The notes: generated by a model not told the origin, from the sequence alone. A DNA stretch of 63,626 nt, filler included, from Octopus bimaculoides (GCF_001194135.2; 7 parts of 6 records of this genome joined end to end with filler, not necessarily neighbours in it), one strand, 5' to 3'. Shown: positions 24,381 to 36,380, counted from the whole stretch's first letter. Numbers and translations: made by a program.

Positions 24381-26315
24381 TGTAATTGTTAAAAAAAACG
24401 ACAGAGTCAAAACTATTGAAAAGGTTGCAAGACGCAATAATAATTTTAGAAAAATAAAAAAGAAGTAAATTGAAATTTTACCAGTGAGTGTGTTAAATTA
24501 TAAGGCACTAAAAGAGAATGACTCTCCCCAGACACAACAGAATATGCTTCAACACACGAACTCACATAAAGAATCTTGCAAACCAAATCCCAAAACGAAA
24601 CAAAAACAAAACATTTTCTTTTAAATGAGAGATTGATTTGGATTAGAGGATTTACGACTTCAGTACCNNNNNNNNNNNNNNNNNNNNNNNNNNNNNNNNN
24701 NNNNNNNNNNNNNNNNNNNNNNNNNNNNNNNNNNNNNNNNNNNNNNNNNNNNNNNNNNNNNNNNNNNNNNNNNNNNNNNNNNNNNNNNNNNNNNNNNNNN
24801 NNNNNNNNNNNNNNNNNNNNNNNNNNNNNNNNNNNNNNNNNNNNNNNNNNNNNNNNNNNNNNNNNNNNNNNNNNNNNNNNNNNNNNNNNNNNNNNNNNNN
24901 NNNNNNNNNNNNNNNNNNNNNNNNNNNNNNNNNNNNNNNNNNNNNNNNNNNNNNNNNNNNNNNNNNNNNNNNNNNNNNNNNNNNNNNNNNNNNNNNNNNN
25001 NNNNNNNNNNNNNNNNNNNNNNNNNNNNNNNNNNNNNNNNNNNNNNNNNNNNNNNNNNNNNNNNNNNNNNNNNNNNNNNNNNNNNNNNNNNNNNNNNNNN
25101 NNNNNNNNNNNNNNNNNNNNNNNNNNNNNNNNNNNNNNNNNNNNNNNNNNNNNNNNNNNNNNNNNNNNNNNNNNNNNNNNNNNNNNNNNNNNNNNNNNNN
25201 NNNNNNNNNNNNNNNNNNNNNNNNNNNNNNNNNNNNNNNNNNNNNNATATATATATATATATATAATATATATATATATACATGTATATATGTGTGTGTT
25301 TTATTTGCATTTGGAAGTATTAGTTTGATTAACTTTCTGATAATATGAGACTGTTTTTTCAGCTCATTCCTTAAAACTAAAATGTAATTACAGTTATATA
25401 ATCAATCGATTTCAGATTATCCTCGGTGGTAATTTGAAACCAATTTCATCCAACTAACTGTAATCTGAACGCAATTTGAAGTTAGCAAGAGTTAGGCTGA
25501 ATGGTGAGGGGGAGATAATTCGAAATCGCTACACTGTTTCTCTATAAAAAGAACTTCTCGGTTTTTACGGTCTAAGCAGAATACTTGCGAACATATGGTA
25601 TGAAGCATAGTGTAATAAAAAAATCAGGATAACTACAAAGCGTGTTACAATATTACTTACGGGCTGTTACGTGTTTGATGCTCGGAAAGAAATTGTTTAC
25701 GAAGTTGGAAATATTGGAACAATTTGCAAGAGAATGTTTACAATAAAAGAAGCGTTTATTTGAAACGAGAAATGAGTAAATCAAGATTACCTGATACAAT
25801 TTTCTTATATATAATGTATGTGTGTGTATTTATGTATGTAAAAACTTAATGTTAATAAATATGATGAGAATTATGTTTTCCAATATGAAGTGTGTGAACA
25901 CTGTACGTGTTAACAAGCTGCAGGCAATTGAATCTGGAAGCCTGGTTTCCGGCTGAGTTCATTTTCTTCTCAGTGTTTTCCAATCCTGACTACTGTTACT
26001 GAATGAAGGAAAGTCACAAGAAATGGGTTCTGACGTTTCGGTTAGGTTCCATTTTGGGAGAAAGGAGACGACTGAATTGCCGAAAATGAAGTTAGAACAA
26101 AGAACGTTTAGAAAAAAATTTAGAGGTAAATGTGTCAACAGCTTGTTGAGGAATGGCCCTGTGGGTGAAACCTTATTCCCTGTTATCACTCCAGCCGAAG
26201 TTAATTGTTTTGGTGTCATGTGGTGAATCGGGTATCGGGTAAGAATCAGAAATAACGTGTGATGGCGTGATTGGGCATTGTGTCGCGTGTTCGGGAAATT
26301 GTGTTGGGTTTATGC

Positions 26316-26480
26316 CAGTGCTACTCAAAGTGGTGGTCTGTAGACCGGTGCCGGTCCGCGAGCCATCAGCTGCCGGTACGCAGCGAGTTTCCAGAATAGA
26401 AAGAAACATTATAACAAGCTTATGAAATGCTTATAAAATGCTTATGTGAAATTGTATTATTTGCTTACAAAATAAATATG
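26316..26480 (+). mobile_element. hAT/Charlie-type terminal fragment
   Basis: CAGTGCTACTCAAAGTG..GACCGGTGCCGGTCCGCG resembles Charlie-group hAT ends; the opposite end was not found. Confidence 0.6.
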
Positions 26481-26489
26481 AAGAAATGA

Positions 26490-27484
26490 AGGCAGTAGAG
26501 GCCTGAGATCAGTGCAGACGGTCTTCGAATGCCGTATGGTATCACTCAAGCAGCACCTGCTAAACAACAGCAGCAATAATGTTATATAAATGCGGTGCTG
26601 AAAAGTGAAGTGAGCAATATTGTACGAGTTGGCAGCGAGCTCCTCAGGAAGCACTCTCTTCCTGATGATCTCCTATACAGCCCCAAAACAGCTGGGCTCA
26701 CTTACCTCAAAGAAGACCTGGATGGAAAGTACGCAGCATACAAAAAGAATATGTTGCCCGGAAGCTTGAAGAAGACAGTAGAATTGACACGAAGCACAGC
26801 CTCCCTTGGACACGAGACCACTACACCACATCACACTTTGAAGGTTATGCGTTTGCAATCCAGGTACAGGAGATTTCCACAAAGTACCTGATGAACAAGA
26901 GAGACAATGACGCTCTTGTAATCCCAAGGTACAACTGCAAGTGTAGGCTATGTCATGGCTCTGTGGAAGATATCACGCATTTGCTTAGCAGCTGTCCTAA
27001 AATGTCGTCACGGTGCTACCTCCCGGTGCGGTACGATGTTGTTGCTAAAACAATTTACAATGCCGTCCGCAAAAAAGGACTGTCCTGAAATATACTTAGA
27101 AAATCCCTCTGTTATGGAATCCATTCATAAACACCAACTCAAAGAAGACTGGTGGAATATTCCCATCCAAACTTCTGTCAAATGTAAACATAACAGGTCG
27201 GATACTGTTGTTTGGGACAGAGGGGCAAAGATATGTACCATCATAGAGGTCAGCTGCCCTGCAGATACAAATATCTCTTTGAAAATCAAAGAAAAAGAGA
27301 ATATTTGTGGATAACTGCTTCGAAACTTCTAGTTTCTATATCCAGACTATGAATTCATATTCATACCGATAATAATCGGAGCACTAGGGTTTGTTAGTAA
27401 ATGCTTAAAGGAGAATCTGGATAAACTGGGATTTCAAAAAGAGAAATCGACCGGCTGATTCGTACATTACAAGTGCAGAAAAAA
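26490..27484 (+). mobile_element. RLE-type non-LTR retrotransposon (R2/R4/NeSL group), 3' coding remnant
   Basis: RGLRSV thumb; CRLC..EDITHLLSSC knuckle; KHNRSD.VVWD..IIEVSCPAD endonuclease; FIPIIIGALG; stops and frameshifts; truncated by a gap. Confidence 0.88.
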
Positions 27485-27867
27485 NNNNNNNNNNNNNNNN
27501 NNNNNNNNNNNNNNNNNNNNNNNNNNNNNNNNNNNNNNNNNNNNNNNNNNNNNNNNNNNNNNNNNNNNNNNNNNNNNNNNNNNNNNNNNNNNNNNNNNNN
27601 NNNNNNNNNNNNNNNNNNNNNNNNNNNNNNNNNNNNNNNNNNNNNNNNNNNNNNNNNNNNNNNNNNNNNNNNNNNNNNNNNNNNNNNNNNNNNNNNNNNN
27701 NNNNNNNNNNNNNNNNNNNNNNNNNNNNNNNNNNNNNNNNNNNNNNNNNNNNNNNNNNNNNNNNNNNNNNNNNNNNNNNNNNNNNNNNNNNNNNNNNNGA
27801 ATTAACATTGCTTGTTTTCACCTTTTCGATATCAGTGAAGAATTTCACTGGAAAAGTAGATATAAGA

Positions 27868-27993
27868 TTGCCAGGATTTTGTCTCTCTCACCAAGGATCA
27901 GTGGCTATCGAACGCCGACGAAGGGAAATAACCCTGAAACCCGGGTCCGTTCGTGCTACTGATCGTGGTGAGAGGGATAACTTCCCTTGGCAA
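27868..27993 (+). ncRNA. Type I hammerhead ribozyme motif with long extended stem I
   Basis: CGAACG-CCGACGA-AGGG(AAAUAA)CCCU-GAA-ACCCGGGU-C/CGUUCG; further helices 27896-27905:27955-27964, 27879-27893:27966-27980 and 27868-27875:27986-27993; U4C core variant; predicted cut after 27947. Confidence 0.75.
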
Positions 27994-29014
27994 ACAGGAC
28001 ACAGTAGTGTGTCGATAAGCCAGCTGGAGGAGATGTCCTCCTGGGGATAAAAGCAACAGTAACATCCACCCCTAGGAGTCAGCCACACTTAAGTGGCAAT
28101 ATACAACACTTTATCGTGCAGTTACTGTTAATACTTCATTTAGAGAATTAACATTGCTTATATATATATATTTATATATATATATATATATGAGTATACA
28201 CACACACGTATGTATTCATGTTTACCCATGTGCATGTGTTTTTGTGTGCGTGTGCGCGCGCGTATTTTAAACTCGACTCGCACATTACGAAGCGTGGCAG
28301 CGAATGTTCCAGCAGTGATCGCTGTATAAACTTTCGAGATATATCACAAATACAAAATAAACATTGGAAGCCATCAACAAAGTCTGAGAGAACTACCATA
28401 ACCTAATTCTTTGTTATTTATAAATTCTGTTAAGATTGTACGGACATTAAATCTTTAACTATAACGTTGTTGTAGTTTTCTACCTTTAAAAGCCAGTCTG
28501 TTTGCATTGAAAATAACCTTATATCCAATTGTATTACGCCATGAACAAAGTCAGCAGTCTCTAGGCCCTATGAAAACAATACTACCACATTTTTTACGAT
28601 GTTACAAGAGCAGGTGCCGATACGTATTCTCTTGATATCCATTTGCTGCTAATGTACACTAACTGGTACACTTAAAGGGATTTACAGTAAAAACAAAGCA
28701 TTGTTTGCAAGCATCATCTTACACAGAATTTAAATTTTATTCTGAGATATCTTAAAATATATCTCACATCATGCATATATGACGATGTGTATGATATTAA
28801 TCATGGTACGTTTAATAGCGTATATAAACAAGAAGAAAAAAATGTCGGCTTTGATCCCTATCAGTAAAATGCTAGGCGTAGGCTTGGTTTCGTGGTGAGA
28901 AACTTGCTTCCCAGTCACATGGTTCTGGGTTCAGTGGTTGGGAAGCAAACTTCTTTCCGCCCAGCCATGCCTGCACCTAGAAACGAAAAAGTCTTTGGGA
29001 TCGTCTGGTAATTG

Positions 29015-29405
29015 ATAAATGGCTGTGTGGTAAGAAGCTGGCTTCCCAACCACGTGGTTCCGGATTCAGTCCTACTGCGTGGCACCTTTGGCAAGTGTCT
29101 TCTACTATCGCCTCGGGCCGACCAAAACCTTGCGAGTGGATTTGGTAGACGGAAACTGAAAAAATCCCGTCGTCTGTATTTATATGTGTGTGTGTGTGTG
29201 CGCGCGCATGTGTATTTGTCATCCACCACCCCTTGATAACCGGTGTTGGTGTGTTTACATCCCCGTAACCTAAAACGGTTCGGCAAAAGAGCCCGATACA
29301 ATAAGCACTAGGCTTACAAAGAATAAGTCCCCGGGGGTCGATTTCTTCGACTAAGGGTGGTGCTCCAGTATGGCGGCAGTTAAATGACTGAAACAAGTAA
29401 AAAAT
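29015..29405 (+). mobile_element. SINE family A, near full length
   Basis: Colinear with 19632-20030, with most CpGs retained; an additional head fragment lies at ~28877-28935. Confidence 0.92.
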
Positions 29406-29914
29406 AAAGAATATACTGTTCCTTATTCATCGCCATTGCAAACCTTATTTTTCCCCTTCTCCACCAATAATTAAAACTAAACTTGAATTCAGAATGGGCG
29501 TGTTTCTTTACCTAGTTCCTAAGTGAATACGAAATCTACGCATGTTCTGGTAAGAGTAGAAATACGAAATAGTGCAATGAGCAATATTGCTGAAATATAA
29601 ATAGGCAAGAAAAACTGGAGTAAAATGCCATATAATTGTTTACTTAAGTTAAAAACATGAATAATACATTAATGTCGTTTTAACTGACATATCATGTTTA
29701 ATTTGGTCTTTTAGAAAATGCTTGCTCTTTTAGTGTTTTCAGCTTTAAATTCACCCAGATGGGTTGCATGCATGAAGATATGCTTACATACAATTACAGG
29801 CATTTGCAGCTACTCTACCGTATATATATATATATATATATNNNNNNNNNNAAAGCACACTAAATGAGTATAATATAAAGTAAAGTAAATATCATAAGAT
29901 AAATATAATAAAAA

Positions 29915-30028
29915 GATTACACGTGTTTCATAACCAATTTTCAAATAGAAAAGAAATTTAAATCGATTAAAATCAATTGAAATTATCGAAAATAACTTCT
30001 ATTCAAAAATATAGCTACTCGTCAGATC
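29915..30028 (-). ncRNA. Type I hammerhead ribozyme motif with very long stem II
   Basis: GAU-CUGACGA-[89-nt hairpin; ~22 basal pairs including G-U, one bulge]-GAA-ACACGUGU-A/AUC; canonical core, palindromic stem III; predicted cut after 29918. Confidence 0.65.
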
Positions 30029-30446
30029 GTAAGTAGAACAATAATTAGATATATATCTCAACCAACAATAAGTACCAAATGAATTAATATGAAATACTTA
30101 TTATATAAAGATAGAAAAAATTATTAAAAAAATATCATAATATCAAAATAATAACCATTCAATAATCATCCCTTCATCCATTATAATAACATGTATATTA
30201 TATTAACATGTATATTAACATGTATATTATATTATATATATATAATGAAGAAATAAATGAGATAATTATCCTCTTATACAGCACAACTAATTAGCGCTCT
30301 AATAGAGCCTCAGGAATATTAAACCAAGAAAGAAATAACAAATTTCAAAGGCCAGTGTTCATATTCACTCAATATATTTCAAAGCGTCGGAATACTCCAC
30401 GGCATGTATAGGTGCATTCATATACGCAAAATATAGTATAAAGATT

Positions 30447-30783
30447 TATAAATATATAAAGATATAAAAATACATAAATGTACTTGCGAGGTTGTATGTT
30501 CGTATTAAAATCAATGAGGATATTAAAATATGCGGATGGTGAATGTATAGCGGTAATCCAAATAGATGAGAAAGTTGGTATAAAGTGACTTTAAAAGGAA
30601 TCTCGAAACGGCCGTCGGACTTTGGACCTGCTCAAGATTCTTTTTAAAATCATTTTATACCAACTTTCTCATCTATTTGCGTTGCCGCTATGCATTCACC
30701 ATCCGCATATCTTAATATCCTTATTAATTTTAATACGGACATACAACCTCGCAAGTACATTTATGTATTTCTATATATTTATA
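30447..30783. mobile_element. Long fold-back element (MITE-like)
   Basis: ~150-bp imperfect inverted arms 30447-30603 and 30635-30783 with a 31-nt spacer. Confidence 0.88.
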
Positions 30784-30832
30784 GAAGAGATATACATACA
30801 TATATGCACACACACACATACATACATACGTA

Positions 30833-31063
30833 GGCGGCGAGCTGGCAGAAACGTTAGCACGCCGGGCGAAATGCTTAGAGGTATTTCGTCTGCCGCTACG
30901 TTCTGAGTTCAAATTCCGCCGAGGTCGACTTTGTCTTTCATCCTTTCGGAGTCGATTAAATAAGTACCAGTTACGCACTGGAGCCGATATAATCGACTTA
31001 ATCCATTTGCCTGTCCTTGTTTGTCCCCTCTGTGTGTAGCCTCTTGTGGGTAGTAAAGAAATA
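30833..31063 (+). mobile_element. SINE family B
   Basis: Matches 10913-11145. Confidence 0.92.
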
Positions 31064-32081
31064 ACACATACATACGTACACAGATACACATACTTACACA
31101 CACATACATACATACATACACACATGTCTTTAGTTCTCTATAGTGCAAGGATTGCAGAGTCACAGCACTAAATTTATGCTTATATAAACATAAAAGACAT
31201 ATTTCCAGAGAAGAAAGTATACAAAAAGAAAAGAAAAAAAAAAAGGAAACAGAAAAAAAGGAAAAAGAAAGAAAGGAAAAAGAAAAAACACTGAGTAGAT
31301 GCTGGAGGTGCAAGTATCCGTGAAAAACTAAATAATAGAAGAAAGACGGAGAAATGCTATTTGAACAATAACTACAAAAATATGATCTGAAAAGTCAGTC
31401 GCATATGTTTGTCTCACTTAACTATCTTTTAATAGTTTTAAAGCGATATGTATTTACCATACTGCGTAATTATTCATTAAAAAACCTTAGCCAGTCCTAA
31501 CCGGTTCTTTGTAGCCCTTGTTTCCTCGTTAGAGAACAGTTTGTAAGTCTTTTAATCTCCATCTGCTGCTAATTTGCTGGCTAATTCGTAAAGCGAAGCC
31601 AGTCGGCTTTTGAAACAGCTTTCTTTTTCAATATTTCTTATAAAACGCCTACTACTGCTGTATTGTGTCAATTTACAGTTGATTGCAGATTCTTTTTCTT
31701 TCCTCGAGAACTGTGCTGTGTACAACAGCTTCAGATGGAATGGGAGCTTGGTTCCGAAAACATAAACGAATTTCTTTTGGTTTTCGAAGCAGAAAATAGT
31801 GAAGATATTAAAACTGTGATAAGCTTCCTTTTTCCCTCACTCAATTCCATCAATTCATTTACCAAGAATGAAAGAAAGAAAATTCGTCTACATCAAAGGC
31901 AGCATCTTTTCTTCACCTTTTTCGTTCGCGTTTTATTATTTTTTTCTCTTTTTGTTACAGTGGTAGTCGTTAGTTTGGAATAGTTGCTTTGTGCTGTTGT
32001 TACTGTTACATGTTCCAAACCTCCTCCTCCTCCTCCTCTCCTTCCTCCTCGCAACATTCAAGCATTTCTTCTCTCTATGAT

Positions 32082-32134
<53 letters not shown>

Positions 32135-32142
32135 TACAAACA

Positions 32143-32218
<76 letters not shown>

Positions 32219-32342
32219 CATATAGACACATACATATTTATACAAGTACACAGATATATGTAATACATATATATGTGTGTGTAATACGCACAAATGCACA
32301 CGTGTACACATATACGTAGAGAGAGAAAGAAAGAGGTAAAAG

Positions 32343-32400
<58 letters not shown>

Positions 32401-32585
32401 CGGGTAGAATCATTAGCGCGCGGTATTTTGTCCGTCGCTACGTTCTGAGTTCAAATTCCGGCGAGGTCGATTTTTACCTTTTTTATCCTTTCGGGGTAAT
32501 TACATTAAGTACAAGTGGAGTACTGGGGTCCATGTAATCGACTATCCCCTCCCCCAAATTTCAGGCCTTCTGCCTATAATGGAAT
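32401..32585 (+). mobile_element. SINE family B variant (alternative tail)
   Basis: CTGAGTTCAAATTCC..GAGGTCGA..CCTTTCGGGGT..; tail CCCCAAATTTCAGGCCTT. Confidence 0.7.
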
Positions 32586-32663
32586 GGATAACTTTGTCAC
32601 AGTTCCGAGTAATGCTGATTTTTGCAATACACCAAGATTGTTGAGTACTTATAAAGTGTCCTC

Positions 32664-32718
<55 letters not shown>

Positions 32719-32752
32719 NNNNNNNNNNCCTTCAGTCTCTTATTATTATTAT

Positions 32753-33166
32753 TGAGTGAGAGAGCAGTGCATGCCATTAAAATGACATTGGGGTACAGAT
32801 ATACGAAGTCCAGTATATCCAACATGACTACCCGTCTGATAAGGGTACACCAAGTACTTGCAACACAACCATCATGACATGGTCATCTCATATCAAGATA
32901 AGCAGCACATGACCTTGCAGGTGGGGCCCAGGTAGAATTTTCTTCAGATCAAGTAGCCCATCCTGCTCAAAAGGTCCCTGAATAAGGTTTGTTTAAGGAT
33001 GTTGAACGAAACACTCATGTTTCCAGGGGAGAATTATTCAAACCCCAAAGAATTCCTCTCAACACGTGGCTATGATGTTCCTCTGCTACTCCTGCTTGTG
33101 ATCAGAGATGCACATATCGTCAGCCACCAATGGATATGTTCAACTGGTTAAGGTCAAACAACTGAC
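32753..33166 (-). mobile_element. (AAT)n-flanked ~530-bp non-autonomous repeat (family C), truncated by MITE insertion
   Basis: Colinear with 36981-37515 and 38482-39009 up to CAAACAACTGAC. Confidence 0.85.
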
Positions 33167-33475
33167 GGATCTTTGGGGTTTGACGGGCAACATTTTTTTT
33201 GTAGTGTTTTTGGTACCGAAACACTTTCAAACTTCGAATATTTGTATATTTTGTGGTATAGAACAGATAAAAAATTTTGTATTCGAAGTTATTTTATGTA
33301 AAAAATTGTCGTATTTCGGTAATTTCAACCAATCACTGACGTCTATTGAGGTGAAAACAATTAATGCTGTAACGGTGTCATGGGATCTTTTCCCTTGAAT
33401 AAAATTAGTCCCGTTGTTTGTCAACAACTACCCGTGTTACTCTTATTTATGACATCGTTCGTGCGTTTGTACTGG
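33167..33475. mobile_element. Merlin-like MITE family copy (one end lost in gap)
   Basis: Starts GGATCTTTGGGGTTTGACGGGCAAC; arm matches the reverse complement of 48690-48897. Confidence 0.75.
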
Positions 33476-34539
33476 NNNNNNNNNNNNNNNNNNNNNNNNN
33501 NNNNNNNNNNNNNNNNNNNNNNNNNNNNNNNNNNNNNNNNNNNNNNNNNNNNNNNNNNNNNNNNNNNNNNNNNNNNNNNNNNNNNNNNNNNNNNNNNNNN
33601 NNNNNNNNNNNNNNNNNNNNNNNNNNNNNNNNNNNNNNNNNNNNNNNNNNNNNNNNNNNNNNNNNNNNNNNNNNNNNNNNNNNNNNNNNNNNNNNNNNNN
33701 NNNNNNNNNNNNNNNNNNNNNNNNNNNNNNNNNNNNNNNNNNNNNNNNNNNNNNNNNNNNNNNNNNNNNNNNNNNNNNNNNNNNNNNNNNNNNNNNNNNN
33801 NNNNNNNNNNNNNNNNNNNNNNNNNNNNNNNNNNNNNNNNNNNNNNNNNNNNNNNNNNNNNNNNNNNNNNNNNNNNNNNNNNNNNNNNNNNNNNNNNNNN
33901 NNNNNNNNNNNNNNNNNNNNNNNNNNNNNNNNNNNNNNNNNNNNNNNNNNNNNNNNNNNNNNNNNNNNNNNNNNNNNNNNNNNNNNNNNNNNNNNNNNNN
34001 NNNNNNNNNNNNNNNNNNNNNNNNNNNNNNNNNNNNNNNNNNNNNNNNNNNNNNNNNNNNNNNNNNNNNNNNNNNNNNNNNNNNNNNNNNNNNNNNNNNN
34101 NNNNNNNNNNNNNNNNNNNNNNNNNNNNNNNNNNNNNNNNNNNNNNNNNNNNNNNNNNTCACTCCTCCCCTAAAAAAAAAAAGTGATGGCCTTCTGCCAA
34201 AATTTCAAAGAATTATTATTTTTTTTATTAGTATTTTTGTTGTTGTTGTTACTGGGGGGAAAGGGGTTATTTCTTTCTGTCGTTTTTCTATCTCTTAAGC
34301 AGTAACGTTTCCCTTTTCTTTAAATTATCTTCTCCGTACAACAGGAAGCTTTGTTGATATGATGTTCAAACACGTGGTAACTAAATAAACAAACATTTAC
34401 TGAACGCTGTCTGCAAAACTAAGCTGCTAAAGCAGTGAGTAACTGTATAGAAAGAAACGTGAGTATGAGGATGGGTGCGAATAAAGCACTCTCACCAATA
34501 TAAAATATAGTGAATATACCTACAGACGTAAAGACATAG

Positions 34540-34825
34540 AAATACATGTGTGACAAAAGCTTGCTTCCCAACCACATGATTCCAATGCTGTCCCACTGCG
34601 TTGGACCGGGCTGTGTTTTCTGTTCGTGAGCAAGACACTTTATCTCTCGTTGCTCAGCTCTATCGGCCTTTGCCTTTCGTTTTGCTAGCATCGGTGGCGT
34701 GGAGAGGGAAGGTGGTATGCATGGGCGACTGCTGGTCTCCCATAAACAACCTTACCCAGACTTGTGTCTTGGAGGAGAACTTTCCAAGTGCAATCCCATG
34801 GTCATCGATGACCGAAGAGGATCTT
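34540..34825 (+). mobile_element. Chimeric SINE (family A head plus family E body)
   Basis: GCTTGCTTCCCAACCACATG..CCCACTGCGT head joined to GAGCAAGACACTTT..GCATGGGCGACTGCTGGTC..CCCATGGTCA body as in 50462-50785. Confidence 0.65.
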
Positions 34826-34846
34826 ATATATATATATATATATATA

Positions 34847-34946
34847 NNNNNNNNNNNNNNNNNNNNNNNNNNNNNNNNNNNNNNNNNNNNTTAATTAATT
34901 AANNNNNNNNNNNNNNNNNNNNNNNNNNNNNNNNNNNNNNNNNNNN
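34847..34946. other. Artificial contig linker
   Basis: N44-TTAATTAATTAA-N44. Confidence 0.97.
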
Positions 34947-35055
34947 ATTATCTCGGAAGAATCTAACACGCTTTTCATACCTTGCTATGCGGGCAGCTTT
35001 AGCACATACCTTTTGCTTGATGGTTTCTATGGTAGCATCAATGTCAACTATGGTT

Positions 35056-35060
<5 letters not shown>
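34947..35060 (-). mobile_element. R4/Dong-like LINE fragment (pre-RT region)
   Basis: IETIKQKVCAKAARIARYEKRVRFFRDN. Confidence 0.6.
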
Positions 35061-35109
<49 letters not shown>

Positions 35110-36380
35110 TCCTTTTAATCTACATGTTTGTTACAATCACTCACTGAAGAGCGAGTGAAGGATAAGAGATGTTACAGTATGACTGACAGCTTTGGGAGGA
35201 CTAGTCGCAGGAGTAATAGAGAAATATCTTTATATGATACAACACAGACATTTAAATTGATAGGGTTTTATAAGGATGTAGGCAGTACTTGTTAGAGACA
35301 TGGTCCTCTGAGACATAGTCCTCTGAGACATGGTCCTCTGAGACATGGTCCTCTGAGACATGGACCGCCTGGGTTATTATCTAGATGTTTCTAACATCCA
35401 ATTCTTATCATACCGAGGGCACCCACAATAACAGGAACAGTTCTCGCTTTAAGGTGCGACATCTTTTGCATTTCAATTTCCAGATCCTTATTTTTACTTA
35501 ATTTGTCAAATTCCTTTACAGATATATTTTCTGTCAGTGGGAACACTTAATTCTATTAGTCTACAAGTATTTTCTTCCCTGTCTTTAATGACTATGTCTG
35601 GTCGATTAGCCTGGATCGTTCGGTCGACGTTGACTGGAAAATTTTAGAAGATAGTGACATTTCTACTTTCAACGACTGGCTCAGGGTGATTTTCATACCA
35701 GTAAACAGGAGTGCTGATTTTGCTGCATTTAGGGTCAGAACTGTTTTGAAGAACGTTAGCCTGGTAGTTCTTGGTAAGCAAGCTTTGCTAGCGTTCCGCT
35801 AAAATGAAACTTTCAGTCTCTGCTTTCAGTCCTGAGCTTCTCAGCCACGGAGGGTTGTTGCTTGGTCAACATCACCATTTTGACTTCGAAATATATACTG
35901 TCCATGCAGAGACTTCTGGCTCCACTGCTCCTTAATTTGTTTCTGCCCGTTCTTTTTTACAGTCTGTCTGATCCATTTTACTTGTTTGGTGATAGTGATC
36001 TCAGGCTCTTCATCTAATTCAGGGTTAATGCCGAGTTCCCTTGCGAATTTGCAAGCTTCATTGACAATGGAATGTGATATTTTGCTGCGTTCGTATTTGA
36101 CACAAGCTGCAGCATCCAATCCTCTGTACTAAATAAGTACTTGTTCATCGCTATTGTGGAAGTCTTATAGCACATTCCTCTTCCCCCATTACTCCTAGGT
36201 AGGTACAAACGATCAACGTCTGCTTTTCGGTGATGCATGTTCTTAGATGCTAGTAGTTTTCTTGTCTTCCTATCCAGGCATTGGAGCTCTGTAAGATTCC
36301 AGTTAATGATGTTAAAGTGCCAGGGTGTTAATGGCTTCTATGCGATTTTTGGAGTTGAGCTCAGTTTTTTTATAGCTATG
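35110..36380 (-). mobile_element. R4/Dong-like RLE LINE, 5'-truncated and decayed
   Basis: NRIEAINTLA; DRKTRKLL..HHRKADVDRLYLPRSNGGRG; LHGQY; WLRSSGLKAETESFILA; QANRPDIVIKD; VPVIVGALG; 3' UTR ends at (AAT)n. Confidence 0.9.
35295..35366. repeat. 15-bp tandem repeat, ~4.8 copies
   Basis: GAGACATGGTCCTCT units inside the LINE C-terminal coding region. Confidence 0.92.

Noticed and set aside
28695-28715. TTGCAAACAATGC resembling LQTNA of FPGS exon 2
   Set aside because: Out of frame, no upstream LN motif, stops nearby; chance match.
31663-31983. 106-aa ORF in non-repetitive sequence
   Set aside because: No recognisable domain or consistent splice structure; may be regulatory or UTR, but unsupported.
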